From positions 1 to 64,000 of IMG/VR virus record IMGVR_UViG_3300009873_000003: a DNA stretch of 64,000 nt; one strand, written 5' to 3'. The stretch comes from a virus (lineage: Duplodnaviria; Caudoviricetes). Positions 28,214-38,394 of this stretch are shown in pieces; the stretch's first letter is position 1; each line of letters starts with the position of its first letter. The position numbers and the translations under genes are program-made. Under the pieces are notes generated by a model. It had not been told where the DNA came from. It did no database searches and saw nothing but the letters and a program-made list of their open reading frames with translations.

Positions 28214-28828
28214 ATGGCATGTGCAAAATGTGGTTCAAAGAAAGGTAGTGTAGTGGAAATGACGAAACAAGACAGTAACGATTTGCAAGCTAAATATAAC
28301 AGCGGTGACTGGGTTTTGGCTAAATATAATGGCCCCGAACAAACCCATAACATCGGCTCACCAAGTGGCGTTATTGCCAAGTTTGGTATGGGCATCTATG
28401 GTCGTGGTCGCAATGGCGGCATTTTCCTCGTGCATAAAGAGGACACGCTTGCTAAATACGGACGTTTCACTGCGATTAGCGGTGGTGCAGTTGCAGCGGC
28501 GGAAAAGATGCTTGGTTTGACGCCTCCTGTGATTCACACTGTTTCTGCTAAAGCTGTTGCTGCGGTTGAAGAAGTAGCGAACGTAAAGACAATCGCACCA
28601 GTTGAGACTAAAACTGACGATGCGGTTGAAGAAGTGATGGACATTGCTAGAGTTGTTGTTGCTGAAGGACGGGTGTTGAAGCGTTCTGAAGCTCTCCTAT
28701 TGTCTGACTTTACTGAGCAATATAATTTCACGCACCACCTGCAAGTTCAGGCAAAAATTCGGACTGGCGAATTGCTTTCTTACAGAAATGAAGAGGGCAA
28801 AATGATGGTTTACCATGTGGAGGACTAA
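28214..28828 (+). CDS. putative virion protein with MACAKC N-terminus
   Basis: ORF in the structural region. Confidence 0.6.
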   Translation: MACAKCGSKKGSVVEMTKQDSNDLQAKYNSGDWVLAKYNGPEQTHNIGSPSGVIAKFGMGIYGRGRNGGIFLVHKEDTLAKYGRFTAISGGAVAAAEKMLGLTPPVIHTVSAKAVAAVEEVANVKTIAPVETKTDDAVEEVMDIARVVVAEGRVLKRSEALLLSDFTEQYNFTHHLQVQAKIRTGELLSYRNEEGKMMVYHVED

Positions 28829-28831
28829 CTA

Positions 28832-29110
28832 ATGGCCTGCGGAGCGTGCGCTAAGAAAAGAGCGGCGGCAATGGCACAGATGACTCAACAAGTCCTGCCA
28901 TTAGCTACCAATCAAGAAAATCCTGATAATCCTGGTCCGAATCCTGACGTTGCTGTCAGAGGATTCACAAAGAAACGTTATATCGGGCCACGTCAACGAC
29001 TTCAGAGTGTTCAAGAATCTCTGTCTTACGGCTTGCGTAATCCAGGCGAAGTGCTTGTGATTCTGCAAATTGATGCCGAAGCGCATCCAGAATGGTGGGA
29101 AGATGTTTAA
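28832..29110 (+). CDS. putative virion protein with MACGAC N-terminus
   Basis: GGAGG RBS. Confidence 0.6.
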   Translation: MACGACAKKRAAAMAQMTQQVLPLATNQENPDNPGPNPDVAVRGFTKKRYIGPRQRLQSVQESLSYGLRNPGEVLVILQIDAEAHPEWWEDV

Positions 29111-29435
29111 TTTAATTCTACTCGCTATCGCAACATGGCGGCTGTCTTCTTTGATTAGAGACGAAGATGGCCCTTACGATATCTTCGACCGTTTTCGCAA
29201 CTATGCAGGAATTACGGAAGTGTGGGACATCGACGGTGAACGGGAATTGCTCAGCAACGGAACCTTGCTTGCCGACATCATCAAATGTTTTTGGTGTCTT
29301 AGTGTGTGGGTTGCCGGTGTGACGTGTCTATTAGCCGTTGTCTTAAGACTAATCACGTTACAAGAGTTTATCTTCTTCACTTTAGCAACGTCAGCAATCG
29401 CAATTTACATTGAAAAGAAAATTTTTGGAGGTTAA
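29103..29435 (+). CDS. DUF1360-like membrane protein
   Basis: LAIATWRLS.LI..EDGP..IF..FR...CFWCLSVWVA. Confidence 0.7.
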   Translation: MFNLILLAIATWRLSSLIRDEDGPYDIFDRFRNYAGITEVWDIDGERELLSNGTLLADIIKCFWCLSVWVAGVTCLLAVVLRLITLQEFIFFTLATSAIAIYIEKKIFGG

Positions 29436-30875
29436 ATGGCACTAACACTCACAGGGTTAGGGAGAGTGTTCCTGAATGCTAATGGTTTAGGTGGCAAGTT
29501 CTCCTATCATTCCTGCATGAAAATCGACGGTGTCGATAAGAGCTTAGGCGATGTGACAGCAATCTACTGTCCAGACCCTAAACGTTATGATGAATTCATC
29601 GAAGTGGCGACAATTAAAGGAGCAGACGGACGTGCGACTTCAACATTGACAGGCTATCTGCCAATCGACGCTTTAAGTCCGTTGGAACAAGTGTACAATC
29701 AGGGCTGTCAGTTCGATATTCAAGTCCATTATGGCACATGTTCACGTCCTGATGCGTTCAACGAATTCTCATCTGCGATTATTTTGAAAGACGTTAGACT
29801 TACGTCCTACGCTCTTTCAACACTGACAGCCAGAACACCAGACGAACGTGCAGTTGTCGATGAAACCGCAGCGATTAGCATCGGCGGCTTCTACCGTGTT
29901 CTACCTATCAAACAGAATAAGCTTCCTGTGACCTATCTGCCTGCCAACGCTTTCGCTTTCGGCGTTGGAAATGCTGGCGTGCGGTCATGTGGAGATAACT
30001 GTGATGCTAAGTCAACAGGGTGCGACACATGGATAGTTGGCGTTGTCAATGCGTCAGATTCGCTCTCTTTCGCTTTCACAACTGACGGTGGCGTGACTTG
30101 GACCTTCACGTCGGCCAAAACGACTGTCTTGCACAACTCTGTGACGCAAGCTGCTAACATGACAATCGCTGGCGGGTATTTGTATTTCTCGATGACGCAA
30201 GGCACAAGCACTTACTTCTATCGTGCATCTGTGTCAAGCATTCTGGCTGGAAATGCTGATTCTGCCCAAATTATGACGAACGTTTTGAACACGTATGTTT
30301 TCGAGATTAGCGCTTCAGACAACTATATCTGGTACGCAGGCAGCAAGAATGGCAATAGTTTCCTCCGTGCTTACAACACTGCGACTGGTGAGTTCACAGA
30401 TTTCACCAACGATTCAGAAGAGTTTAGAGCAGTCAATGCCTACTCTGACGATGTGGTTGTAGCTGCTGGTGAAAATGGCGTTGTCTACTATAGCAACACG
30501 TTTGGCGTGTTCTCTGAAACGGTTGCTAAACCAGCGACGAGCTACGTTACTGGACTGAAGGTTTTTTCGTCCACTCGCTGGCTTGCGGCAACAGCGGCTG
30601 GAACGTTCTTAACCACCGACGCTGGTACGACTTGGACTCAGGTTGCTTCTTCAACTAACTGGGGTAGACTGTCTTTCTACGACAATCTCACTGGCTATTT
30701 GAATTCAACGCTTGGCACAATGCGTACAGTTGATGGTGGAAATACTTGGCATACAATTAGCTCAGTTACAACCTATAACACGAACGACCTAGCAGTTTGT
30801 GAATATGACCCCAACACTTACTTTCTGGCTGGTGGCGACCCTGGTTCTGGCTTTGTATACAAAGGGAACCCCTAA
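29436..30875 (+). CDS. tail tube-like N-domain + BNR/beta-propeller protein (paralog 1)
   Basis: IYCPDP, GCxFD.Q.H.G.C..P; T.DGG.TW repeats. Confidence 0.55.
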   Translation: MALTLTGLGRVFLNANGLGGKFSYHSCMKIDGVDKSLGDVTAIYCPDPKRYDEFIEVATIKGADGRATSTLTGYLPIDALSPLEQVYNQGCQFDIQVHYGTCSRPDAFNEFSSAIILKDVRLTSYALSTLTARTPDERAVVDETAAISIGGFYRVLPIKQNKLPVTYLPANAFAFGVGNAGVRSCGDNCDAKSTGCDTWIVGVVNASDSLSFAFTTDGGVTWTFTSAKTTVLHNSVTQAANMTIAGGYLYFSMTQGTSTYFYRASVSSILAGNADSAQIMTNVLNTYVFEISASDNYIWYAGSKNGNSFLRAYNTATGEFTDFTNDSEEFRAVNAYSDDVVVAAGENGVVYYSNTFGVFSETVAKPATSYVTGLKVFSSTRWLAATAAGTFLTTDAGTTWTQVASSTNWGRLSFYDNLTGYLNSTLGTMRTVDGGNTWHTISSVTTYNTNDLAVCEYDPNTYFLAGGDPGSGFVYKGNP

Positions 30876-30885
30876 GGAGACATAA

Positions 30886-33800
30886 ATGGCTTGCTGCACA
30901 AATTGCACGTTAGTAAGAACCAAACATAAGAGCGGAGCAGCAGCACATTACGATGCTGGTGGAAATAGCTTTAACTTCACAACTCCGCCAACGAACCCAA
31001 TCAGCCCTCCAACCAGTCCTAAAAATGGCGACACGTTAATCGAATACTACGATAACGCTCTCGCCTTTTGGACATATAGTGGCGGGAACTGGGTACTTGA
31101 CTTCTATGCTTCGACACTGGACAAAGGCAACACGCACGCAGACCTTTCTAGCACAATTCTGAACTTTTCTGCGCTGCCTGCTGCCCCTGTCACTGCGCCA
31201 TCATCTCCTGTGACTGGCGATACGCTACATGAAAACTATGCTAATGCACAAGTCTTTTGGACGTACAATGGTATCACTTGGACAAGAGACTATGTCATCG
31301 CTAGCGGTGGAAATAAGTCAACGCACAGCAATCAGTCAGGCGCAACGCTTGACGAGACTACTCTGCCCGCTGCGCCACTAAGTCCGCCCGCCTCACCAAC
31401 AGCGAACGATACGCTCATTGAACATTATGGTAATGCAGATATCTTCTGGACATATAACGGTGCAACTTGGACCAGAAATTTCTACTCAACCAAATGCTGC
31501 ACCATTCTAAACGATGAAACTGGCAATAGCTTCGACCCTAACGCTATCACAACGCCGCTTAACCCCCCCACCGGCACGACTGGTAACACGTTAATCGAAC
31601 GTTATGATAACGCTGTTGTCTACTGGGAATATGATGGTACGAATTGGACCTATCAGTTTCACACTTTAGATGCTGTCAGCAATCGTCATAATCATCACAA
31701 CGAAACTGGCGCAAGCATTGATATTAACGCCTTGCCTGCAACGCCAGTCACTGCACCAACGACACCACTAGCCAATGACACGTTAGTCGAACACTTCGAC
31801 AATGGCAATGTTTATTGGACGTATAACGGAACGAACTGGGTGCGTGACTTTGTTGACTTAGAGTGCTGCACAGTGCTGAACGATGAAACCACATCAACAC
31901 TTAATCCAGCAGCTATTCCGACATCGCCACTTAACCCACCTGCTATTGCCACACCTGGCACACCGTTAATCGAACGCTACGATAATGGCACAGTGTTTTG
32001 GCAATATGATGGTACGAATTGGGTTTACCAGTTCCATAGTTTTGATGGCACGAGTAATAAACACACCCATTCTGACCAAGTGTCTGATGACATCATCTAC
32101 ACTGCTTTACCTGCAACTCCGCAAAGTCCACCAGTTTCGCCAATTGCTAATGACACATTAGTCGAACACTTCAGCAATGGTGACATTTATTGGACGTATA
32201 ATGGTACGGTTTGGGTGCAAGACTGGGTTGATTCTGACTGCTGCACACTGCTACGTGACGAAGGTGTGACCACCATCGACCCACTCAACCTACCAACAGC
32301 ACCACTTAATCCACCCGCAGCCTCTGCACCAGGCAATGTGTTAGTCGAGCGCTACAACAATGGCACAGTGTTTTGGGAATTCGATGGTACGAACTGGACA
32401 TACCAATTCCATACACTTGATAGCTCTGGCGGCAACCTGCACACACATAGTAATCAGATTGCGACGTTCATCAACTACACAGCGCTACCAACAACACCAA
32501 TTGTCTCACCAACTGCACCTTTAACTGGTGACACGCTGGTTGAACACTATGGCAATGGTGACATTTATTGGACTTATGATGGCGCAAACTGGGTGCAAGA
32601 CTGGGTTGACTCTGACTGTTGCACGTCAGTTACAGATGAGACAGGCACTAGCTTTGACCCACTCGCCTTACCTGGCACACCAGCTAACCCACCCGCTAAC
32701 CCTTCACCTGGCAATATTCTAATCGAACACTTTGACAATGGTGAAATTTACTGGGAATTCGATGGTACAACGTGGAATCCAGTTTTCACGAAGCCTGACC
32801 AGTTAGAAATCTATAGCACACACTATGATGCTTCAGGAAATTTAATCACTGTCGGAGCGCCACCTGCTGCACCACAATCGCCACCGACAGGTGTGAATGC
32901 TGGACACACGCTGCACGAACTCTACGACAATGGACAAATCTTCTGGACATATGATGGAACGAATTGGGTTCTTGACTATGTCATCATCAATAAAAATAGC
33001 ACCTACGAATATACAGCGACAGGCAACTACGACTGCGCTAACCCGCCAACTGTTCCTCAAACCTCGCCAGCAACAGTAATTGAAGGTGATAGGATTGTTG
33101 AGCATTACAACAATAGCACAAGACAATCGGCTGTAGTCATCACCTGGGAATATGATGGCGTGACGTGGAATATTGTGGCACGTGAAAACCACAACATGCA
33201 CTTTCAAGTCGAAGATAAGACTGAAGAAATTGTACCACTGAATGTTGCGAATGGCACTGGTTATCTCACACCACTCACGCCTGGTGCAACGACGGACTAT
33301 ATTAATGGCGACACGCTTTACGAACAGTATGGCAACGGACGCATTCTATGGACATATGAGACTTGCGCTTGGGTTAGGAAGACGATTGTTCTCGACTGCT
33401 GTTGCTTTGAAGCCTACGTCACACCAATCATCACCGTGACTGCGCAAGATATTTGTGTTGGCACAAATGTGACCTTCACAGATGACTCGATTCACCATTC
33501 TGACCTTGATACAGTTTGTGAATATCAAAGTACAGCGTGGGATTTTGGTGACGGCACGACAGGTACAGGACAAGTTATCAACCATTCCTTCTCCGACCCT
33601 GGACTTTATTTTGTCGAGATGACATCAACATGCACAAGTGGTGCTAGCGCAACCCAAACCATCGCCGTGAAAGTCAGCGAAATTGAAACAGACATCGTTG
33701 TACCAACGACCGGTATCGTTGCGGAACCTGTCACAATTCAGAGTGGTGCGAATGTTTCTGGTTGCGACCCGACCTACCTCTGGACGTTTGGCGATGGTTC

Positions 33801-35754
33801 AAGTTCAAGTCTACGCAATCCTGGCGCTCACACGTATGCAGCAGCAGGAACCTACACTGTTGCATTAACGGTCAGTTGCGCTAATGGGTGCACGGATTCA
33901 ATCTCTTACACAATCACTGTTTCAGAAGCTGACGCTGTGATTGCGGTCTTCTCCGTTTCAGATTCGAGCATTTGTCTCATCACAGGAGATACAGCAACGT
34001 TTGTCAATTCATCAAGCTCGACAATTTGCACAATCGACACTTGGTTGTGGGAGGTTAGTGTCAATGGCGGTGCGTTCACAACGCTTTCTACTGCTCTGAC
34101 ACCACCCGTCTACGCACCAACAGCAACTGGGACACATGTGGTCAGATTGACAGCAACGTGTTCGGCAACTGGTGAAACTGGAACAACAACGAGAACGTTG
34201 GTCGTCGAAGACCCAAATCCGGCTATCGGTTTGTCGTCTGCAACCATCACAACGAATCAGCCAGTGACTGTCACTGACACAACGACAGGTTGCACTGTTG
34301 CTTCGAGACTGTTTGAAGTTAGTGTGAATGGTGGTGCGTTCAGCAACATTAGCACAGAGCAGCTCTTCACCTACACGCCAACTGTTGATGGCACGCATGA
34401 TTTCAGACTGACTGTCACGTGCGCTAACGGCTGTTCGACAGTTGCGACTAGAACTTTAACTGCTTCATCCACAGCGTTCGTTGCTGCCGAATTCACCATC
34501 GTTGACAACACATTGAGTCTAAATCTTGGTAATTCGACAGCACTTAACGATGCGACAACGTCGAGCTGTGTGGTTGACGACTGGCTGTGGGAGGCGAGTG
34601 ATAATGGCGGTGCCTTTGTCACAATCGGCACGACACAAAACATTCCAGCCTTCACCCCAGCGACTTCAGGTACGCATACGATTCGCTTAACTTCGACCTG
34701 CACAGGTGCTGGCATTAGTGATAGCGTCACACACAACATCGTTGTCACAGCCTTGGTCGCTGCAATGACAGTTAGTAGCACAGCGGTGTCTGCTGGTGAT
34801 GTCGTCACCTTGACTGACACTTCGACATCCGTCAACTGCACGCCTTCAACTAGACAATGGGAGGTGAGCTTCAATGGTGGCGCTTACACGGCGGTTGGCA
34901 CAGCCTCGCCACAAACGCACACCGCAACCACTGCTGGCACATACGACTATCGCTTGACTGTCACCTGTGCTGATGGCGTCACGATTGACACAGTGACCGA
35001 AACTGTCACAGCTACTGCTGCTTGCGCTGGCACAGAGACCTGTTACACTGTTTGCGCTCCATCTGCAACCTTCGCTGACTGGACCGATTCGACAGCCTGG
35101 GATGCAAGCAATGAAGACTTTGCAAATAGTGTCGTTAGAAATCAGGTCATCAGAGACGGTCTGCGAGTTTCCGCCCTGACTGACATCGCTGGCACTGGTA
35201 TTAACGGCACAATCACAGGCGATGGTGCGATTAAGACAACTAACGCTGGCGTGAATGAATCAGGTGGTTCACTAGTCTTGCGCATCACTGACAATGGCAC
35301 AAACGATAGACGTGCAATCGTTATGACCTTTGCTCAACCTGTGGATGTCACTTTCCAACTCGATGCCATGCGGTTGGGCCAGACTGCACAAATTACAGGC
35401 GATGGCAACTTCCACTACATTCCGTACTCGGATGGCACGCCACAAATTACGTCAGTGGTTGGTGATAATAGCGCTAATCTAACCGTCTCTACACCGAATG
35501 GTGACAGTACGAACAGAAGCGGCTTTGTTTGCGGTACGGCACTTACTCAGTTCAGACTTGAGTTTAGTTCGACAGGTAATGTTGGTAGTGTGGTCAACCT
35601 GTATTTCACAATGAGTGTGAAAGCGGCTGGCTCTGGCGCTACATACAAGGTCTGCGATGTTGGCGGCACATTGACAATTGTCAATCTCAACGACCCCAAC
35701 GATACACCGACAGCTATCGGTCTTGACTGGGAAGAGTTGGCGGCATGTCCGTAA
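30886..35754 (+). CDS. giant Cys-rich virion adhesin: 13 ~60-aa repeats plus multiple PKD/Ig domains
   Basis: GDTLxEHYxNxxxxWxYDGxxW repeats; WDFGDG and WTFGDG PKD motifs. Confidence 0.75.
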   Translation: MACCTNCTLVRTKHKSGAAAHYDAGGNSFNFTTPPTNPISPPTSPKNGDTLIEYYDNALAFWTYSGGNWVLDFYASTLDKGNTHADLSSTILNFSALPAAPVTAPSSPVTGDTLHENYANAQVFWTYNGITWTRDYVIASGGNKSTHSNQSGATLDETTLPAAPLSPPASPTANDTLIEHYGNADIFWTYNGATWTRNFYSTKCCTILNDETGNSFDPNAITTPLNPPTGTTGNTLIERYDNAVVYWEYDGTNWTYQFHTLDAVSNRHNHHNETGASIDINALPATPVTAPTTPLANDTLVEHFDNGNVYWTYNGTNWVRDFVDLECCTVLNDETTSTLNPAAIPTSPLNPPAIATPGTPLIERYDNGTVFWQYDGTNWVYQFHSFDGTSNKHTHSDQVSDDIIYTALPATPQSPPVSPIANDTLVEHFSNGDIYWTYNGTVWVQDWVDSDCCTLLRDEGVTTIDPLNLPTAPLNPPAASAPGNVLVERYNNGTVFWEFDGTNWTYQFHTLDSSGGNLHTHSNQIATFINYTALPTTPIVSPTAPLTGDTLVEHYGNGDIYWTYDGANWVQDWVDSDCCTSVTDETGTSFDPLALPGTPANPPANPSPGNILIEHFDNGEIYWEFDGTTWNPVFTKPDQLEIYSTHYDASGNLITVGAPPAAPQSPPTGVNAGHTLHELYDNGQIFWTYDGTNWVLDYVIINKNSTYEYTATGNYDCANPPTVPQTSPATVIEGDRIVEHYNNSTRQSAVVITWEYDGVTWNIVARENHNMHFQVEDKTEEIVPLNVANGTGYLTPLTPGATTDYINGDTLYEQYGNGRILWTYETCAWVRKTIVLDCCCFEAYVTPIITVTAQDICVGTNVTFTDDSIHHSDLDTVCEYQSTAWDFGDGTTGTGQVINHSFSDPGLYFVEMTSTCTSGASATQTIAVKVSEIETDIVVPTTGIVAEPVTIQSGANVSGCDPTYLWTFGDGSSSSLRNPGAHTYAAAGTYTVALTVSCANGCTDSISYTITVSEADAVIAVFSVSDSSICLITGDTATFVNSSSSTICTIDTWLWEVSVNGGAFTTLSTALTPPVYAPTATGTHVVRLTATCSATGETGTTTRTLVVEDPNPAIGLSSATITTNQPVTVTDTTTGCTVASRLFEVSVNGGAFSNISTEQLFTYTPTVDGTHDFRLTVTCANGCSTVATRTLTASSTAFVAAEFTIVDNTLSLNLGNSTALNDATTSSCVVDDWLWEASDNGGAFVTIGTTQNIPAFTPATSGTHTIRLTSTCTGAGISDSVTHNIVVTALVAAMTVSSTAVSAGDVVTLTDTSTSVNCTPSTRQWEVSFNGGAYTAVGTASPQTHTATTAGTYDYRLTVTCADGVTIDTVTETVTATAACAGTETCYTVCAPSATFADWTDSTAWDASNEDFANSVVRNQVIRDGLRVSALTDIAGTGINGTITGDGAIKTTNAGVNESGGSLVLRITDNGTNDRRAIVMTFAQPVDVTFQLDAMRLGQTAQITGDGNFHYIPYSDGTPQITSVVGDNSANLTVSTPNGDSTNRSGFVCGTALTQFRLEFSSTGNVGSVVNLYFTMSVKAAGSGATYKVCDVGGTLTIVNLNDPNDTPTAIGLDWEELAACP

Positions 35755-35806
35755 GATAAAACACTAGGGGGAGGGATTGGCCTTCCCCCTTAACTTAGAG
35801 GTGAGA

Positions 35807-38317
35807 ATGGCAACCTATTATATTAGTCCAACAGGAGCAAACGGTAATTCAGGGGCGACGCCATCGTTACCTAAAGCTGTCTCCTATCTCAATAGCCTTG
35901 TCGCTGGCGATACAGCAATTCTGCTGAACGGCAACTACAATCAACGTATCTCTGTCTCAGGCAGAAATGGCACTGCGTCAAACCGCATCACAATTAAGGG
36001 TGAATCACAAGCAGGCGTTGTCATTAACGGTGGCTGGACAGGAGCGTCACCGCCTTGTTCCTCTTCTGGCGTTGTCTTAATCGGCGAATATGATGCCATG
36101 CTTGATGTTGTTAATTGTGACTATCTCGATATTGAAGACATCACAATTAATGGTTCGACTGGTGAAGCAATGGGCATGACGCTCTGCAATCACTGTAATG
36201 TTAGAAGAATTAAAACGAACATTTCATGGGGTGCTGGCTGTATCACGCAAGGCTCAAGCAGTGGTGGAACAACGACAAATGTCAACTTCTATGATTGCGT
36301 CTTCAATCGTCCAACAGAGGCTTGGAAATGGCATAATCAGACAGTTTGTGGGCAAGTAGTTGACTTTATTCAATCCTGCTTTGGCTTCTTCTGGAACGCC
36401 AGTAACTGTCGTGCCGAACGCTGCATCGTGCAGGACGGTGGTGCAGAAAGTTTAGTCGCTGGTAGAAGTTCGAGTAACATCACTTTTTATAAGTGTATCA
36501 GCTACAATGGGCTACACAATGCTGCCTATCTTGCGACAACCAGAAATAGCAAATTCCAATATTGTCTCTTCTACAACACTGCTGCTCTTGTCGCTGCTGA
36601 AGGTCGGCAGAATGGCTTAGTGTTTAGAGATGAGGCTGGTGCTTTGAATGGTGGCGCAACGACAAGCCAAGACAACTTAGTCGAGTATTGTATCTTTGTC
36701 AATATGGACAATGGCATTACATGGGGTGGAAATGCGACAATGGTGCGGCACACAGTCAGAAATTGCACCTTCGTTAACTGTGAACGCCCAATCATTCTTA
36801 GAGCGGCAGCTACAGTGCATGGCTACACCTACGCTCCAGCGACAGGTTGCGTATTTGAGAACAACATTCTCTATAATAGCGCAGTCGCAGGCACGAACAC
36901 GATTGGGCAGACGGCAGGTATCACCTGGCGGAACAATTTAGTCTTTGGCTCAACTTTCCCAACAGCGGCGCAAGGCACTAACTATCTCACTAGTAATCCA
37001 AACCTCGCCAACCCTAACGTTACTGTAACCGCCCCGCTTGACCCAAACAACTACAAAATTGCAAGTGCCTCAAGCCCTGCGATTGGCTCTGGTTATAATA
37101 ATGCGACTGCAACTGACTTTTTCTTAGGCACATTTAGTCCACCGATTGACAGAGGTGCGCATCACTACAACGCATCACCAGGCACACCAGTTGACCCCGA
37201 CCCTGACCCAGTTGACCCTGGCACTTTGCCACCATTAACTTGTGCTGGCAATTTGCTCACGAACAATAGCTTCTCTAGCGGCTTGACTGGTTGGACGGTT
37301 GAAACAGATGGCGTGAGTGAAATTCAAGCCAGCACATTAAGAGTGACAGGCACGTCCGCCTATGCTGGAACAAAACAAGTCTATCAGGCGAACATTTCAC
37401 TAACGGCTGGGCAGCAGTATCGAGCTGTGTTCACGGCTAGGTCTTCAACAACGCCTGTGTCAATCATCTTTCAATCAATGTTGCACACTGCTCCTTTCAC
37501 GAACACTGGGTTGAACTATAGTGCTTCGTTAACCGGCACATATGTCCAGTATTCGACAACCTTCGTTGCCACAGCGACTAACACAAACAATCGCATCAGA
37601 ATCACGTGGACTGACGGTGAATTTTGGCTTGACGACTTGTGCATTGAACCCATCATCGTGCCTACAATCGACGCTAGCTTCACATTGTCAGAAACAACGC
37701 TGAATGAGGGTGACACGCTCACATTGACTGACACTTCGACTTCAACCAGTTCATTCACAGCAATTTCGATTAACTGGGGTGATGGGAATACGACCACAGC
37801 GATGGAGAGCGACGACACCTACGACCATGCTTATCCTACCGCTGGCACTTACACTGTCTCAATGACTGTCACTAGTGCTGCTGGCACGGACACCTACACC
37901 CAAACTATCACAGTCGTTGGTGACATCGCTGCGAGCTTCACGAAAGATGAAACAAATGTCCTGACCGGAGAAGTGATTAACTTCAATAACACTTCGGCAT
38001 CAAGCTCAGCTATCACGAGTTATCTCTGGAGTTTTGGTGATGAGTCTTATTCAACCAGTCAGAACCCAAAACATAGTTACTTTGAAGCTGGTACATACGA
38101 AGTAACCTTGACTGTCACTAGCGCTGATGGCACAGTGACAAGCGAAGCGCAAACAGTTGTTGTGCAAAACTTTGTCCCTGGCCCTAATGCGCTCTACGAA
38201 GTGTTAATCTGCGACCCAAGCCAAATGAAGATGATTCACCTCGTGCCAAGTTCCAATCCTGGCTATGTTTTGAAACAAGTTGGTACAAGCTATCAGTGGG
38301 CGTTTGACGAAACCTAA
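35807..38317 (+). CDS. right-handed beta-helix (polysaccharide lyase-like) + CBM4/9-like + PKD protein
   Basis: YYISPTG..GDT..L..G.Y, NLLTNNSF..G..GW, WGDG and WSFGD motifs. Confidence 0.75.
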   Translation: MATYYISPTGANGNSGATPSLPKAVSYLNSLVAGDTAILLNGNYNQRISVSGRNGTASNRITIKGESQAGVVINGGWTGASPPCSSSGVVLIGEYDAMLDVVNCDYLDIEDITINGSTGEAMGMTLCNHCNVRRIKTNISWGAGCITQGSSSGGTTTNVNFYDCVFNRPTEAWKWHNQTVCGQVVDFIQSCFGFFWNASNCRAERCIVQDGGAESLVAGRSSSNITFYKCISYNGLHNAAYLATTRNSKFQYCLFYNTAALVAAEGRQNGLVFRDEAGALNGGATTSQDNLVEYCIFVNMDNGITWGGNATMVRHTVRNCTFVNCERPIILRAAATVHGYTYAPATGCVFENNILYNSAVAGTNTIGQTAGITWRNNLVFGSTFPTAAQGTNYLTSNPNLANPNVTVTAPLDPNNYKIASASSPAIGSGYNNATATDFFLGTFSPPIDRGAHHYNASPGTPVDPDPDPVDPGTLPPLTCAGNLLTNNSFSSGLTGWTVETDGVSEIQASTLRVTGTSAYAGTKQVYQANISLTAGQQYRAVFTARSSTTPVSIIFQSMLHTAPFTNTGLNYSASLTGTYVQYSTTFVATATNTNNRIRITWTDGEFWLDDLCIEPIIVPTIDASFTLSETTLNEGDTLTLTDTSTSTSSFTAISINWGDGNTTTAMESDDTYDHAYPTAGTYTVSMTVTSAAGTDTYTQTITVVGDIAASFTKDETNVLTGEVINFNNTSASSSAITSYLWSFGDESYSTSQNPKHSYFEAGTYEVTLTVTSADGTVTSEAQTVVVQNFVPGPNALYEVLICDPSQMKMIHLVPSSNPGYVLKQVGTSYQWAFDET

Positions 38318-38394
38318 CCAAATTATGCACTTTGCGATTTGTTTCGCAAAGTGCTAATTTAATAGCTAGCAGAAGTTTAATTTAGGAGATAATA

